DNA of 64,000 nucleotides, taken from positions 31,373 to 95,372 of the forward strand of contig NW_015165887.1 in NCBI RefSeq assembly GCF_001447785.1, given 5' to 3'. The notes below the pieces were generated by a model, which saw only the letters and a program-made list of their open reading frames with translations, had not been told where the DNA came from and did not search any database. This DNA is from Gekko japonicus. Lineage: Eukaryota. This document shows, one piece after another, positions 62,721 to 64,000 of the stretch. Numbering within the stretch: the first letter of the stretch is position 1; the number at the start of each line of letters is the position of its first letter. Made by a program: the position numbers and the translations under genes.

Positions 62721-64000
62721 NAGACGGCAGCCATCTTACAAACACAGCTAACTGCTATTTCGTTACACCTACCAACAGCCACTGAGTGAAAAGTTAAGTC
62801 CCACACAGGAGGCAAGCAGGAGAAGCATCTTCGTCAAGAGAGAAAGCCATTTGCAAGTAATTCTGACAGGACAGAGTGGCTGAAGGGGGAGTGGGTGGGG
62901 AAGAGGAGCAGACCCAGTACCCAGCCAATGGCACGTGAGTACTCTTGAGTGGCGGCTGATGAGCCAATGGCTGAGGGAGAGCATGGAATCTTGCCACCCC
63001 AAAACAGGATTATGTATAAGGAGAGATTGGGAGAACACGCCCCCACCAGCACTTAATGAGACAGCAGAGGGAAAATGGTCTATTTGAAACCAAACAGTCC
63101 CTGTGCCTGCTATTTGGGTAAGATAAAAAGGAAATGGCACTGCAGAAAGGCTTAGAACAACTACATGACCTAATAAATAAACTGCTTCTTTTTCCTTTTT
63201 CTTTTTAAAACTATCTTTAATATGATGTGGAAACTAAAATGTAACAGTTGTTACATGTTACAGTACAGTTGCTTTACTTGATGGCCACAGGAATAAACAG
63301 CTTTAAAAGGGGATTAGATAGATTCATGGAGGATAGGTCTATTAGTGGCTAAGAGCCATGGTTACTGAGGGGAAACTCCACATTTAGACACACTAAACCT
63401 ATTGACTTTAGGGGGAGAAGCCACCTGATTCAAAAGTCTTTGTTCAATCAGCACAACTAATCACCAAGTAATGTTGATGACAAAATCACTACTGGGCAGT
63501 GGTTATGACAGCCTGGTCTAGACTCACTCAGAACACACTCAGAACATATGACTTTAGGAATCCTGCCCTTCTCCATGCTATCCCCCCTCCCCCCCCCGGT
63601 AACAACAACAATTATTCACTGGCAAAATACTTTATGGATGAGGATGCAAAGACTGAAGGGATTTGACCACTTCCTTTTCACTCAGCAATAGACTGTAGCA
63701 AGAAAGTAGGTCTGAAAGCCATGAAGGGAGACTATATCGAGTCCTGTGTAAATGACATCCATATTTATTTATTTATTTACATGATTTATATTTATGTAGA
63801 TAAAGAATTCATGACGTGGATTGTAAATGACATCCATATTTATTTATTTACATGATTTATATTTCTGTAGATAAAGAATTCATGACGTGGAGAGGGTCAG
63901 GATCACACCACATATCCTGCCCCAACTTCTGCATGCCTCCCCACCTTCTGCATAGATCTTCTGCACGTATGAGTTTGTGCATAAACTACATAAACAACAT

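Overview
Vertebrate genomic DNA, most likely a squamate and probably a gecko (inferred from the repeat families). It holds a compact trace amine-associated receptor cluster, all on the minus strand: TAAR5, TAAR4, TAAR2-like and TAAR1. The genes sit among CR1, L2 and L1 LINEs, SINEs, hAT and Harbinger-type MITEs and Gypsy LTR relics, with three assembly gaps. Five observations stand out: (1) a pair of decayed paralogous plus-strand coding sequences of unknown identity at about 2.7-4.4 kb and 8.3-9.2 kb, showing synonymous-biased divergence and missed by the ORF track; (2) a ferritin light-chain retrocopy with a recognisable iron-responsive element, nested inside a TSD-flanked non-autonomous L1; (3) a frameshift in the TAAR1 C-terminal tail; (4) a homeodomain-site cluster between TAAR2 and TAAR1 that may be the olfactory TAAR enhancer; (5) a SCAN-domain Gypsy gag whose putative LTR carries an ORF1-only L1 derivative. 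All identifications are by eye, without database searches.
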